The translations under genes were made by a program, and so were the position numbers. This document shows positions 8,855 to 20,290 of a stretch of DNA of 64,000 bases, piece after piece. Numbering within the stretch: the first letter of the stretch is position 1; every line of letters starts with the position of its first letter. This DNA is from Deferribacterales bacterium (lineage in GTDB: Bacteria > Chrysiogenota > Deferribacteres > Deferribacterales > Geovibrionaceae): the NCBI GenBank assembly GCA_050251945.1, contig JBFWLW010000002.1, forward strand, positions 224,001-288,000. The letters run 5' to 3'. The notes beneath the pieces are model-generated. The model was given only the letters and a program-made list of their open reading frames with translations, did no database searches and had not been told where the DNA came from.

Positions 8855-10402
8855 TTACTCCCATTCGATGGTTGCCGGCGGCTTTGAGCTTATGTCGTAC
8901 GCCACGCGGTTGATGCCTCTCACTTCGTTTATGATGCGGTTGGATATCCTTCCCAGCACTTCATAGGGGATGTGCGCCCAGTCGGCTGTCATGCCGTCTG
9001 TGGACTCCACCGCGCGTATGGCAACTGCGTTCTCATACGTTCTGTTGTCCCCCATGACACCGACGGTGTTCACGGGCAGAAGCACTGTGAAAGCCTGCCA
9101 TATTTTTCTGTATAGCCCTGCATTGTTCAGTTCTTCCATGTATATTGCGTCCGCTTCACGCAGAACGTCGCATCTGGCTTTTGTAACTTCGCCAAGCACA
9201 CGCACGCCAAGCCCGGGACCGGGGAAGGGGTGGCGCCAGATGAAGTTATCCGGTATGCCCAGAGCCGCACCCACTGCTCGCACTTCGTCTTTAAACAGCT
9301 CGCGCAGAGGTTCAAGAAGTTTGAACTTCATGTCCTCCGGCAGACCGCCTACGTTGTGGTGTGTCTTTATCGTCACGGAAGGACCGCGGAAAGAAACTGA
9401 TTCGATAACGTCGGGATATAATGTACCCTGCGCGAGGAAATCGAAATCGCCCAGTTTTTTGGACTCCTCTTCAAATATCCTTACGAACAGGTTGCCTATC
9501 GCTTTTCTCTTCTTTTCGGGGTCTGTAACACCTTTCAGTGCATCAAGGAATCTGTCTTCGGCGTTAACCGCCACGAGGTTCATCCGGAAGTAGTTGCGGA
9601 AAGCCTCCTCAACCTGTCTGCCCTCGTCCTTGCGCAGAAGTCCGTTGTCCACAAATACGCATGTCAGTCTGTCGCCTATCGCTCTGTGGATAAGAACCGC
9701 GGCAACGGATGAATCCACGCCGCCGGAAAGTCCGCAGAGAACTCTTTTGTCGCCGACAAGTTCGCGTATGCGTTCAATTTCAGCCTCGACAAAGTTCGCC
9801 GGCGTCCATATCTGCTGGCATCCGCAGACACCGACCACGAAGTTCTTAAGTATCTGCGCGCCGTTATCCGTATGTGCGACTTCGGGGTGAAACTGTATGG
9901 TGTATATAGGTCTTGTGTGATGCTTCATCGCCGCCACGGGGGCGCTTTTGGTATAAGCGATAACGTCGAATCCTTCGGGCATTTTGTCCAGTCTGTCGCC
10001 GTGGCTCATCCAGACGGTGAACGATTCAGTGTCTATGCCGTCGAAAAACGGGTCTTTTTTACCGATGAAAAGCTCTGCACGTCCGTATTCTCTGTGGTCT
10101 GCGGCGGCAACTTTCCCGCCGAAATATTCTCCTGTAAGCTGGTGTCCGTAGCAGATACCGAGCACAGGCGCGCCGAGGTCATAGACCTCTTTTGAAACTT
10201 TGGGCGCGTCCTCATCGTAAACGGATGCGGGACCGCCTGAAAGGATTATCCCTTTTGCGCCGAAATTTCTTATTTTTTCAAAATCCGCGTTACAGGGGTA
10301 AATTTCGCAGTAAACGTTCGCTTCGCGCACGCGTCTTGCAATAAGCTGTGTGTACTGAGAACCGAAGTCGAGTATCAGTACCTTCTGGCTGTGTATGTCC
10401 AT
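8855..10402 (-). CDS. guaA: GMP synthase (glutamine-hydrolysing)
   Basis: [43 protein letters not shown]. Confidence 0.98.
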   Translation of the reverse strand: MDIHSQKVLILDFGSQYTQLIARRVREANVYCEIYPCNADFEKIRNFGAKGIILSGGPASVYDEDAPKVSKEVYDLGAPVLGICYGHQLTGEYFGGKVAAADHREYGRAELFIGKKDPFFDGIDTESFTVWMSHGDRLDKMPEGFDVIAYTKSAPVAAMKHHTRPIYTIQFHPEVAHTDNGAQILKNFVVGVCGCQQIWTPANFVEAEIERIRELVGDKRVLCGLSGGVDSSVAAVLIHRAIGDRLTCVFVDNGLLRKDEGRQVEEAFRNYFRMNLVAVNAEDRFLDALKGVTDPEKKRKAIGNLFVRIFEEESKKLGDFDFLAQGTLYPDVIESVSFRGPSVTIKTHHNVGGLPEDMKFKLLEPLRELFKDEVRAVGAALGIPDNFIWRHPFPGPGLGVRVLGEVTKARCDVLREADAIYMEELNNAGLYRKIWQAFTVLLPVNTVGVMGDNRTYENAVAIRAVESTDGMTADWAHIPYEVLGRISNRIINEVRGINRVAYDISSKPPATIEWE

Positions 10403-10562
10403 TTATTCTCCCATAAATTTCCCATCCATGGGGAAATTTCTGATATCGTTCAGCGGGGCAAAGCCGCCGCTTCACTCACTCTACGATCGCCTCGCAGGTA
10501 AAACCCGCTCTGCTCACTCCGAGAACTTCATCGTGAAGTTTTATTCTCCCATAAATTTCCCA
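10402..10562. repeat. 23-bp perfect direct repeat enclosing a multi-hairpin element
   Basis: tttattctcccataaatttccca occurs at 10402-10424 and 10540-10562. Confidence 0.9.
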
Positions 10563-10589
10563 CAGAGGGGAAACTTCCTATAAAGAATC

Positions 10590-10695
10590 AGATTGCTTCG
10601 TCATTTTATTCCTCGCAATGACGTCTCTGCGAGCACTAGCCGTCGGCTGTATGAGTCCATTATTTACTTAATGGTCGAATAAAGCGCGGCAGTCT
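10590..10695. repeat. Inverted pair of REP/RPE-like elements (AGATTGC..CGTC...CTCGCAATGAC family)
   Basis: Forward copy agattgcttcgtc...cctcgcaatgac at 10590-10622; expanded reverse copy gtctctgcgagc...gcgcggcagtct at 10623-10695. Confidence 0.7.
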
Positions 10696-10708
10696 GACTA
10701 TCAAATTC

Positions 10709-12196
<1,488 letters not shown>

Positions 12197-12221
12197 TTAC
12201 GATTATCGTCTATAACACCAA

Positions 12222-12351
12222 AGGCACACGGATGTGCCTCGCGGTTGTATTTTTTGGCAATTTATTGCTAAAAAATACATTAGCGTGAGCAAAGTGCAAG
12301 CTTTTGCTTGTGCTTTGCGTCACTCAAAAATAACAGGAGGTTATTTTTGAG
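12222..12351. repeat. Four-hairpin intergenic element
   Basis: aggcaca-cgga-tgtgcct; tgtattttttggcaa/ttgctaaaaaataca; gcaaagtgcaagc/gcttgtgctttgc; ctcaaaaataac-aggag-gttatttttgag. Confidence 0.75.
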
Positions 12352-12359
12352 ATAACTAA

Positions 12360-13172
12360 TTAGTAGCCCCAGTCCCTGCAATAGCGGAAGTCGCGCCCTA
12401 TCGTACGCTGACTGACTTTTGCAATGACTGTAGTGTTCCTCTTAAACTGGTTTCTGCGCACCTTCTCCGCAACCTTTTTAACGAGTTCTTCGTCAAAACC
12501 CATCTCAATAAGTTCCGGTGTGCGTCTGCGCTCGTCCACCATGGCATAAAGCAGGTCGTCCGCCTGCCTGTATGTGAAGCCGAGTTCCTGTTCGTCCGTC
12601 TGTCCCACCCAAAGGTCGGCAGTGGGCGCTTTGTCCACAACTGACTGAGGTATGCCGAGATATTCAGAAAGCTCCCAAACCTGCGTTTTGTAAAGGTCGC
12701 CGATTGGGTTCAGTGCGCTTGCAAGGTCGCCGTACCATGTGCCGTAGCCCAGAAGGAGTTCGGTTTTGTTGCTGGTACCAAGCACCAGCCCCGCCACTTT
12801 CGCAGACATATCGAAAAGACATATCATCCTCTGGCGCGCCATTACGTTGCCCATACGGAGCTTGTCGATATCGGGCATCATGTCGAAATACGGGTCAACC
12901 ATAGGGGTTATTTCTATAACGTCAAAATTCAGCCTGAAAGTTTCCGCAACCTTCATGGCGTCCTTAAGGCTTTCGTCACTGCTGAGTTTATAAGGCATGC
13001 AATAGGCATACACCCTGTTGCCGCCCAGCGCTCTTGCCGCCAGTGCCGCACTGAGTGCGGAATCTATCCCGCCGGAAAGCCCGAGCACAACGTTTTTAAG
13101 CCCTATTTTTTCGGTTTCGTCTTTTATGAAGTTCGTGAGTATATCAACTGTGAGATCAAGGTCAAGCTTCAT
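12360..13172 (-). CDS. nadE: NAD+ synthetase (synthetase domain only)
   Basis: [43 protein letters not shown]. Confidence 0.95.
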   Translation of the reverse strand: MKLDLDLTVDILTNFIKDETEKIGLKNVVLGLSGGIDSALSAALAARALGGNRVYAYCMPYKLSSDESLKDAMKVAETFRLNFDVIEITPMVDPYFDMMPDIDKLRMGNVMARQRMICLFDMSAKVAGLVLGTSNKTELLLGYGTWYGDLASALNPIGDLYKTQVWELSEYLGIPQSVVDKAPTADLWVGQTDEQELGFTYRQADDLLYAMVDERRRTPELIEMGFDEELVKKVAEKVRRNQFKRNTTVIAKVSQRTIGRDFRYCRDWGY

Positions 13173-14005
13173 TTTCTGCCTCCTTCATCGTTAAGAAAAT
13201 TCCTTACAAGGAAGCTCTTTTCGTCACGAAGGAAGGGGGTTTCTATGCGCGCCCTGCGCACGCTGTCCTGATCGACCTCGACTGTCAGACCTGTTTCTTT
13301 GAACATCTCCGCCGCAGCCAGCCTTCTGCCTTTCGCGTCGTATGCTTCGGAGCCGCCCCAGAACGAAACGCCGTCCTCGACGCCGACGCGGTTGACGAAC
13401 ACAAGATTCACCGTGAGAACACCCGCGATGTATCTGTTTGAAGTCTGCCATGTGTTTGAAGCGTCGTGTCCCTGCTCAAGATTGCCTCTGGCGGGGCTGT
13501 TTGAAGGTATTATGATATTCTGGGCGCCTGACTGGGAAAGGATGTACAGCGAGCTTAAATGGAACACGTCCTCGCAGACGAGGATTCCGCATTTTCCGAA
13601 CTCAGTGTCGAACGCCTCTATACTGTTACCAGCCGCAAAATATCTGCCCTCTTCAAAAAGGGTATAGTCCGGCAGATAGACCTTTTTGTGCAGATGCACA
13701 GTTTTGCCCCTGTGGACAAATGAAGCGGCGTTATAGAAAAGCTTTTCCTTTGACTCGTAAACAAAGCCGAAAACAATGGCTATGTCTTTCGAGTATTCCA
13801 GAAATTTTTGATATACGGGATGCGTTTCGTCCATCGCAACATCGTACACAAGGTCGAGAAGATAGTAGCCTGTGAGTGAGAGTTCAGGAAATACCACAAG
13901 GTCACAGCTCTCTTCCACAGCCTGCTCGATGATTTTAAAATGTTTCTCGGCATTCTTTTCCAGATTGCCCAGTATAGGTTTTATCTGCGCCAGATGTACT
14001 TTCAT
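13169..14005 (-). CDS. Nitrilase-superfamily (carbon-nitrogen hydrolase) protein; probable glutaminase subunit of NAD synthetase
   Basis: E-K-C triad motifs [33 protein letters not shown]; 4-bp overlap with the nadE start. Confidence 0.85.
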   Translation of the reverse strand: MKVHLAQIKPILGNLEKNAEKHFKIIEQAVEESCDLVVFPELSLTGYYLLDLVYDVAMDETHPVYQKFLEYSKDIAIVFGFVYESKEKLFYNAASFVHRGKTVHLHKKVYLPDYTLFEEGRYFAAGNSIEAFDTEFGKCGILVCEDVFHLSSLYILSQSGAQNIIIPSNSPARGNLEQGHDASNTWQTSNRYIAGVLTVNLVFVNRVGVEDGVSFWGGSEAYDAKGRRLAAAEMFKETGLTVEVDQDSVRRARIETPFLRDEKSFLVRNFLNDEGGRK

Positions 14006-14022
14006 AACCGCCTCTATAAGAA

Positions 14023-14098
14023 AATCCACCCCAACCCTCCTTTTTCAAAGGAGGGAATCTTAATCTCCCCCTTTATAAAAGGGGGATTAAGGGGGATT
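14023..14098. repeat. Inverted pair of REP-like CCCCCTTT-N-AAAGGGGG hairpins
   Basis: aatccaccccaaccctcctttttcaaaggaggg followed by ctccccctttataaaagggggattaagggggatt. Confidence 0.7.
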
Positions 14099-14133
14099 TA
14101 TATTCTTAGCTTTCCTGTCTTATGCTACTTACT

Positions 14134-14224
14134 AAAAAAATCCAATCCCAGGATTTTTTCCGCCAACGCTCCAATCGGCTCAGCCTCATTCCGCTCACGC
14201 TACGCGGTCTGCATCCATGCAGAC
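14134..14224. repeat. Two-hairpin element related to 12222-12351 (minus orientation)
   Basis: Minus strand reads gtctgca-tgga-tgcagac, cgcg, tagcgtgagc, ..., aaaaaatcc-tgggatt-ggatttttt. Confidence 0.65.
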
Positions 14225-14250
14225 GAAAAAAACAGTCTTCTGTCTGACGT

Positions 14251-14285
14251 GTCTTTGCGAGGAGCGCCAGCGACGCGGCAATCTC
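14251..14285. repeat. REP/RPE-like element (GAGATTGC..CGTC...CTCGCAA.GAC family) abutting the moaC stop
   Basis: Minus strand gagattgccgcgtcgctggcgctcctcgcaaagac. Confidence 0.7.
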
Positions 14286-14763
14286 ATTCCTGTCTTATAT
14301 ACGTTCCGCTCTTGCCGCCGGTTTTTTTCATTACTCTGATGCCGCCGATGAGCATGTCCTTGTCGACAGCCTTGCACATGTCATAAAGGGTGAGAGCCGC
14401 GACGGAAACACCTGTCAGCGCCTCCATCTCAACGCCTGTCTTGCCCGCCATCTTGACAACGACCTGAATATCGACCTGCGCTTTCTCTCTGTCCGGTTCA
14501 AAATACACGTCCACCTTTGTGATGAACAGCGGGTGGCACATGGGGATAAGGTCGGAAGTGCGCTTAACACCCATTACGGCGGCAACGCGCGCAACCTCGA
14601 AAACGTTCCTGCCCTTTGCCATCTTGCCTTCGATAAGCATGTCCATAGTTTCGGGCTTCATTTTTATGAATCCTGCGGCAATCGCTTCCCGCACGGTTTC
14701 TCCCTTGTCGGTGACATCCACCATACGGCTTCTGCCCTCTTCATCAAAATGCGTAAGTTCCAT
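14284..14763 (-). CDS. moaC: Cyclic pyranopterin monophosphate synthase
   Basis: LTHFDEEGRSRMVDV, LIPMCHP, GVEMEAL, LYDMCKAVD. Confidence 0.97.
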   Translation of the reverse strand: MELTHFDEEGRSRMVDVTDKGETVREAIAAGFIKMKPETMDMLIEGKMAKGRNVFEVARVAAVMGVKRTSDLIPMCHPLFITKVDVYFEPDREKAQVDIQVVVKMAGKTGVEMEALTGVSVAALTLYDMCKAVDKDMLIGGIRVMKKTGGKSGTYIRQE

Positions 14764-14772
14764 CTTTCCCCC

Positions 14773-15513
14773 CTATCTCGGATATTCTGAAAATACGTCG
14801 GCAAGTTTCCTTGTGGAGCGCACTACCGTCCAGAGGGATATTTTGCCCTCTTTAATATCGCTAAGCTCCTGCGGAGTTGGCTTCATGATCAGATCGGCAT
14901 ACACAGCCTGACCCGCCACTTTGCCGCCCATGCCGAACGACGGCACCATGATGGTCAGCTTATACTCTGCCGCCTCATGCACCAGCATCTTGCGGAAAAG
15001 AAGACTTAAGAGTTCCCGCATATTCTTTGCCAGCGGGTTCTTTTTCAGTGAAGGTATCTCTTTGCCTTCATTGTCTACGCCGGAATATCTGATAACAACC
15101 TCTGTCGGTTTTTTCGATGCTTCCAGCGTCAGTTTCGGGATAACCTTCTGTTTCTCCGCAAAGTCCGATTTTTTTACTGTTGAATTGAATTTATCAAGCA
15201 CACGGTCGATACTCTCTTCCGTTTTGTCTTTCTTTGTCTCTTCTTTAGGTTTTTCTTTTGATGTATGAACGGCGTTCGCTTTGATATAGCCTGTGCCGCC
15301 GTCCAGAAGTTTTATTTTAAGCCAGCCGCTTTTTGAAGACACTATTTCAACGGATGAACCGCGCCCCAGAAGTCCCACAACCTCGGATTTTGAGGATGCT
15401 TTGGCATAAATATTGGCTCTGGACGCCGAAACACTGCCATAGGTGACCTTAGCATCAGCCCACCCGCAGAAGAAAACAAAAAGCAGGGTCAGTATCAGTG
15501 TTTTTTTAAACAT
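14773..15513 (-). CDS. Secreted protein with an N-terminal bacterial SH3 domain
   Basis: Signal peptide, then ANIYAKASSKSEVVG...GWLKIKLLDGGTGYI (SH3b-like); C-terminal domain unassigned. Confidence 0.7.
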   Translation of the reverse strand: MFKKTLILTLLFVFFCGWADAKVTYGSVSASRANIYAKASSKSEVVGLLGRGSSVEIVSSKSGWLKIKLLDGGTGYIKANAVHTSKEKPKEETKKDKTEESIDRVLDKFNSTVKKSDFAEKQKVIPKLTLEASKKPTEVVIRYSGVDNEGKEIPSLKKNPLAKNMRELLSLLFRKMLVHEAAEYKLTIMVPSFGMGGKVAGQAVYADLIMKPTPQELSDIKEGKISLWTVVRSTRKLADVFSEYPR

Positions 15514-16600
15514 TAAACCTGAAATAGATTATATCCCCGTCCTGAACTATGTATTCCTTTCCTTCAAGACGCATTTTACCCATCTCTTTCGCCTTCGCCA
15601 GAGAATTAAACTCCTTGAAGTCGTTGTACCCAGTGACCTCGGCGCGGATAAAGCCCCTTTCGATATCAGTGTGTATCTTTCCTGCCGCTTTCTGCGCAGT
15701 TGTGCCGCGTGTGATGGTCCAAGCGCGCACTTCCTTCTCTCCGGCGGTGAAAAATGTGATAAGATCCAGAAGCTTATAGCCCTGTTCGGTCATTTCGGAG
15801 AGACCGGAACGCACAAGCCCGAGGCTTTCAAGAAATTCTTTCGCCTCTTCCGCGTCCAGTTCGGATATCTCCTGTTCTATCTTTCCGCAGATGCGTACAC
15901 ATGCTGCGTTCTCTTTTTCAGCTATTTTGCGTACTTTTGCGGAATATTCATTGTCTTCAAGGATGTTCTCCTCGTCAACGTTCATAACGTACATAACGGG
16001 TTTCGCCGTGATAAACGAATATTCGCTGAGGTCCGCAACATGTTCTTTGTACCCCTCAACGTTTCTAATGAGAGTACCTTTAGCGACTTCCGCCTGAAGG
16101 ACTTTCAGCGCTTCAAGTTTTTTAAGGAGGTCTTTGTCGCCGCCTTTGCTGGCTTTCTGGGTTCTTTCAACGGCACGGTCGATAATTTCCATGTCGCTGA
16201 GAAGAAGCTCAGTGTTTATGATGTCGATGTCACGTTCGGGGTCAACGCCGCCTTCAACGTGGGTGATGTCAGTATTGTCGAAACAGCGGACAACGTGTGC
16301 GACGGCATCCACCTGACGGATGTTGGTGAGAAACTGGTTGCCCAGCCCTTCGCCCTTGCTTGCGCCTTTGACAAGTCCGGCGATATCCACAAACTCAACT
16401 GTGGTTCTGACGATGGATTTCGGTTTGATAAACTGTATGATGTAGTCCTGTCTTTCGTCCATGACAGGCACAATGCCCTTGTTGGGGTCTATGGTGCAGA
16501 AGGGGTAGTTCGCGCTTTCCGCGCCTGCTTTCGTAAGTGCGTTGAAGATGGTGGATTTGCCGACGTTGGGCAGTCCCACTATTCCGCAGTTGAATCCCAT
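15506..16600 (-). CDS. ychF: Ribosome-binding ATPase YchF
   Basis: GIVGLPNVGKST, NYPFCTIDPN, DIAGLV, C-terminal TGS domain ending YFRFNV. Confidence 0.98.
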   Translation of the reverse strand: MGFNCGIVGLPNVGKSTIFNALTKAGAESANYPFCTIDPNKGIVPVMDERQDYIIQFIKPKSIVRTTVEFVDIAGLVKGASKGEGLGNQFLTNIRQVDAVAHVVRCFDNTDITHVEGGVDPERDIDIINTELLLSDMEIIDRAVERTQKASKGGDKDLLKKLEALKVLQAEVAKGTLIRNVEGYKEHVADLSEYSFITAKPVMYVMNVDEENILEDNEYSAKVRKIAEKENAACVRICGKIEQEISELDAEEAKEFLESLGLVRSGLSEMTEQGYKLLDLITFFTAGEKEVRAWTITRGTTAQKAAGKIHTDIERGFIRAEVTGYNDFKEFNSLAKAKEMGKMRLEGKEYIVQDGDIIYFRFNV

Positions 16601-16666
16601 TTAAAACTCCGATTATAAAATAAAGGTCTCCTTTAAATATAGGAGACCTTGGATTCACTGTAAAAC

Positions 16667-16705
16667 AAAAAAGGCAGACACGCAAGTGTCTGCCTTTATT
16701 TTTTT
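16667..16705. terminator. Bidirectional intrinsic terminator downstream of hppA
   Basis: aaaggcagacac-gcaa-gtgtctgccttt stem flanked by A and T tracts. Confidence 0.85.
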
Positions 16706-16709
16706 CATC

Positions 16710-18746
16710 TTACGCAAGGAGCGGTGCGATGATCAGTGAAACGATGGACATCAGCTTGATGAGGATGTTCATCGCGGGACCGCTTGTATCTTTGAAGGGG
16801 TCGCCCACTGTGTCGCCCACAACTGCTGCTTTGTGCTGGTCTGAACCTTTGCCCGCAGAGCCGTATGAGCTCTTTTCAATAGCTTTCTTTGCGTTGTCCC
16901 ATGCGCCGCCGGCATTAGCCATAAGCAGTGCCAGAAGAACGCCTGAAACTGTTGCGCCCGCCAGTGTACCGCCCAGAGCCTCTTTACCGAGGATGAAACC
17001 GACAAGGAGGGGGCTGACTACAGCGATTACACCGGGGAGTATCATTTCTTTAAGAGCAGCTCTGGTGGAGATATCCACGCAAGTTTTTGAGTCGGGCTTA
17101 ACACCCTCTCTGCCTTCAAGAAGTCCGGGGATCTCGCGGAACTGACGGCGAATTTCCTCAACCATCTGCTCAGCGGCTTTACCAACGGATGTCATTGTAA
17201 GCGCACCGATGAGGAAGGGCAGAAAACCGCCTATGAAAAGACCGATAACAACTTTCGGTTCAGTGATGTTGATAACTGCGACATGAGCTGAGCTTGAGTA
17301 TGCCGCAAAAAGAGCAAGAGCAGTAAGAGCAGCAGAACCGATAGCAAAACCTTTACCTACGGCAGCAGTTGTGTTGCCGATTGCGTCAAGGTTGTCTGTG
17401 ATACTGCGTACTTCTTTACCGAGACCTGCCATCTCAGAGATACCGCCCGCATTGTCTGCGATAGGTCCGTATGCGTCAACTGTCATTGTAACGCCCACTG
17501 TGGCAAGCATGCCCACAGCCGCGATACCGATACCGTAGAGACCTGCAACCGCGTTTGCAACATAGATACCCACACAGATAAGCAGTACGGGAACAACTAC
17601 TGATTCAAGACCGACAGCCAGACCTGTGATGATGTTTGTTGCGGGACCTGTTTTTGATGCGTCAACGATTCTTTTAACAGGACCTGCGGCGGTGTAGTAC
17701 TCTGTCACGAGACCGATCATAATACCGATGAGGGTACCTGCCAGAAGTGCAAAGTAAACGCCGTTGGCAATAGCCATTGAAGTTATATAGAAGTATGCGA
17801 AGACAAGGAAAAGTCCCGCACCTATGAATGTTGAATAACGAAGAGCCGCAGCGGGTTCGATGCTTTTCAGCAGTTTCATTGAGAAAACGCCTGCAAGAGA
17901 AGCTATCAGACCGAGGACGGCGAGCATCAGAGGAGCAGCCATAAGGTGCATCTTTGCGTTTGTAACATCATACTGAATTGAGGGTGTCACCATTGCAAGA
18001 AGCTCGGGAGATGCTGTCGCACCGATGATGAGTGTCGCAACGATAGAGCCGACATATGATTCAAAAATGTCCGCGCCCATACCTGCGATGTCGCCAACGT
18101 TGTCACCAACGTTGTCGGCGATAACGCCGGGGTTTCTGGGGTCGTCTTCGGGGATGCCCGCTTCAACCTTGCCAACAAGGTCAGCGCCAACGTCAGCCGC
18201 TTTGGTATAGATACCGCCGCCGACACGGGCAAAAAGTGCGATTGAAGATGCACCCATTGCAAAACCGTTGATATATTTTGCTGTTTCAGGATCGCCGAAT
18301 ATCATGAACAGCACGCCGACTCCGATAAGACCCAGAGAAGCAACGGCAAGACCCATAACCGCGCCGCCGTTGTATGCAACGGAAAGAGCAGCTGCCATGC
18401 CTTTTGCTCTTGCAGCTTCGGAAGTTCTTACGTTAGCCTTTGTAGCGGCAGTCATACCGAAAAATCCGGCAAGGATAGAGCATAATGCACCGCCGAGGAA
18501 AGAAAGTGCGGTGTTGATTCCGAGGTCTTTAGCAAAAACCATAAGGACAAAAACGATAGCTATGAAGATAGCAAGAACCTTGTACTCACGACGAAGAAAC
18601 GCCATGGCGCCGTCGTGGATGGCTTCAGATATCTCTTTCATTTTCTCGCTGCCCACTGGCTGTTTCGCAATCGTGGTGTAAATCACGAAAGCAATGATCA
18701 GACCAATAACGCCCAGTATCGGCGCGAGGTAAGACATGTCAGTCAT
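16710..18746 (-). CDS. hppA: Membrane-bound pyrophosphatase, K+-dependent, probably Na+-translocating
   Basis: [35 protein letters not shown] (Ala at the K+-dependence position), [17 protein letters not shown]. Confidence 0.95.
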   Translation of the reverse strand: MTDMSYLAPILGVIGLIIAFVIYTTIAKQPVGSEKMKEISEAIHDGAMAFLRREYKVLAIFIAIVFVLMVFAKDLGINTALSFLGGALCSILAGFFGMTAATKANVRTSEAARAKGMAAALSVAYNGGAVMGLAVASLGLIGVGVLFMIFGDPETAKYINGFAMGASSIALFARVGGGIYTKAADVGADLVGKVEAGIPEDDPRNPGVIADNVGDNVGDIAGMGADIFESYVGSIVATLIIGATASPELLAMVTPSIQYDVTNAKMHLMAAPLMLAVLGLIASLAGVFSMKLLKSIEPAAALRYSTFIGAGLFLVFAYFYITSMAIANGVYFALLAGTLIGIMIGLVTEYYTAAGPVKRIVDASKTGPATNIITGLAVGLESVVVPVLLICVGIYVANAVAGLYGIGIAAVGMLATVGVTMTVDAYGPIADNAGGISEMAGLGKEVRSITDNLDAIGNTTAAVGKGFAIGSAALTALALFAAYSSSAHVAVINITEPKVVIGLFIGGFLPFLIGALTMTSVGKAAEQMVEEIRRQFREIPGLLEGREGVKPDSKTCVDISTRAALKEMILPGVIAVVSPLLVGFILGKEALGGTLAGATVSGVLLALLMANAGGAWDNAKKAIEKSSYGSAGKGSDQHKAAVVGDTVGDPFKDTSGPAMNILIKLMSIVSLIIAPLLA

Positions 18747-18758
18747 CTTGTCACTCCT

Positions 18759-19319
18759 TTAGATATTCCTATTATTATAAGCGTTCATCGCTTTTAAAAG
18801 CCCGTCTTTAACTATGGAAACTATAGCTTTTACACTGAAAATCATTAGTTCGTCAAGTTTTTCAGCCTCGTCCGGGGCAAACCTGCCCAGCACATGACCG
18901 ACAACCTCTTTTCGCCTGTCGTGTCCTATGCCTATTTTAACACGGGTGAAGTCCTCGGAACCCATTTGCTGAACAATTGATTTTATTCCGTTGTGCCCGC
19001 CGGAGCTGCCGCCTTTACGTATCTTGAACTTGCCGAACTCCATGTCCAGATCGTCGTGAACAACGATAATGTCCTGAACAGGTATCTTATAAAACGCGCA
19101 GAAGGGTTGGACGCTTTCACCGCTTAGGTTCATAAATGTCTGAGGTTTAAGCACGAAATGCTTTGTCCCGTCTATAAACACTTCGGTGTAGAGACCTTTG
19201 AAGCCTTCTTTGAAACTGCCGCCAAACTCTTTTACCAGCGCATCCGCCGACATAAAACCGAGGTTATGGCGTGTGCGGTCATATTTTTCGCCCGGATTGC
19301 CAAGACCTACAATCAGCAA
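18759..19319 (-). CDS. pth: Peptidyl-tRNA hydrolase
   Basis: LIVGLGNPG...TRHNLGF, KPQTFMNLSG, HDDLD, GGHNG. Probable TTG start at 19319, just after the prs stop. Confidence 0.93.
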   Translation of the reverse strand: MLIVGLGNPGEKYDRTRHNLGFMSADALVKEFGGSFKEGFKGLYTEVFIDGTKHFVLKPQTFMNLSGESVQPFCAFYKIPVQDIIVVHDDLDMEFGKFKIRKGGSSGGHNGIKSIVQQMGSEDFTRVKIGIGHDRRKEVVGHVLGRFAPDEAEKLDELMIFSVKAIVSIVKDGLLKAMNAYNNRNI

Positions 19320-19321
19320 TT

Positions 19322-20272
19322 TTATACCTGACCTGTTGCAAACAGTGAGCTGATTGATTCTTTCTGCCAGATCCTTGTTATCGCCTCCGCAAAGAGACCA
19401 GCGATGGTAAGTATCTCTATTTTGCTGACAGCTTTCTCTTTTGCAAAGGGAACGGAATCTGTCACCAGCACTCTTTCCAGCGGCGAGTTGATTATTCTTT
19501 CGATGGCGGGTCCTGAAAGGATGCCGTGGGGAGCCGCGGCTACAACGGATTTTGCGCCGTGGTCCAGACACGCCTGAGCCGCTTGAGTAAGCGTGCCTGC
19601 TGTGTCTATCATGTCATCAACGATGATGACCTTTTTGTCTTTAACGTCGCCTATCACGTTCATTGCCTGTGCAACGTTCGCTTTTTCGCGGCGTTTGTCA
19701 ACAATGGCAAGGTTTGTGTTGAGTATCTTACTGTAGGCTCTGGCTCTTGCCACACCGCCTGCATCGGGTGATACCACGATATATTCGTCCCCGGTCATTT
19801 TGTTGGCTCTGAAATATTTTTCAAAAACAGGTGAGGAATAGAGGTTATCAACGGGGATATCGAAAAAGCCCTGAATCTGTCCGGCATGAAGGTTCATCGT
19901 GACGACCCTGTCAATACCGGATTTTGTAAGAAGGTTGGCTATAAGTTTTGCAGTGATAGGCACGCGCGGTTCGCTGGTTCTGTCCTGTCTGGCGTAGCCG
20001 AAATAGGGCATTATGGCGGTAATGCTGTTTGCGGATGCACGTTTCAGCGCGTCCACCATGATCATAAGCTCAAGGAGGTTCTCCTCAGCGGGTTTACATG
20101 TGGACTGAATAACAAATACGTCACGTCCGCGGACGCTCTCGTTTATTCTGACGAATATCTCGCCGTCGCTGAATTTGCGGATATCCGCGTCGCCCAGTCT
20201 CATTCCCAGTTTGGAAACTATGTCCTGTGCCAGAGGACGGTTTGACGTCCCGGAAAAAACAAGATAGTCCAT
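19322..20272 (-). CDS. prs: Ribose-phosphate pyrophosphokinase
   Basis: FSDGEI, PYFGYARQDR, LHAGQIQGFF, SPDAGG, VDDMIDTAGT. Confidence 0.98.
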   Translation of the reverse strand: MDYLVFSGTSNRPLAQDIVSKLGMRLGDADIRKFSDGEIFVRINESVRGRDVFVIQSTCKPAEENLLELMIMVDALKRASANSITAIMPYFGYARQDRTSEPRVPITAKLIANLLTKSGIDRVVTMNLHAGQIQGFFDIPVDNLYSSPVFEKYFRANKMTGDEYIVVSPDAGGVARARAYSKILNTNLAIVDKRREKANVAQAMNVIGDVKDKKVIIVDDMIDTAGTLTQAAQACLDHGAKSVVAAAPHGILSGPAIERIINSPLERVLVTDSVPFAKEKAVSKIEILTIAGLFAEAITRIWQKESISSLFATGQV

Positions 20273-20290
20273 GTTGTGTACTCCTGAAAT

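Noticed and set aside
10402..10562. Possible CRISPR mini-array
   Set aside because: Only two repeats, a 115-bp structured spacer, and no cas genes in the window.
15443..16618. 391-aa plus-strand ORF
   Set aside because: Antisense to the highly conserved ychF; no independent coding evidence.
19320..19571. Long N-terminal extensions in the ORF track (pth, and likewise rlpA, pepA, DUF4198, cytidylyltransferase, yhcH-like)
   Set aside because: The extensions overlap neighbouring genes or promoter regions; downstream starts fit the family N-termini better and mostly have an RBS.
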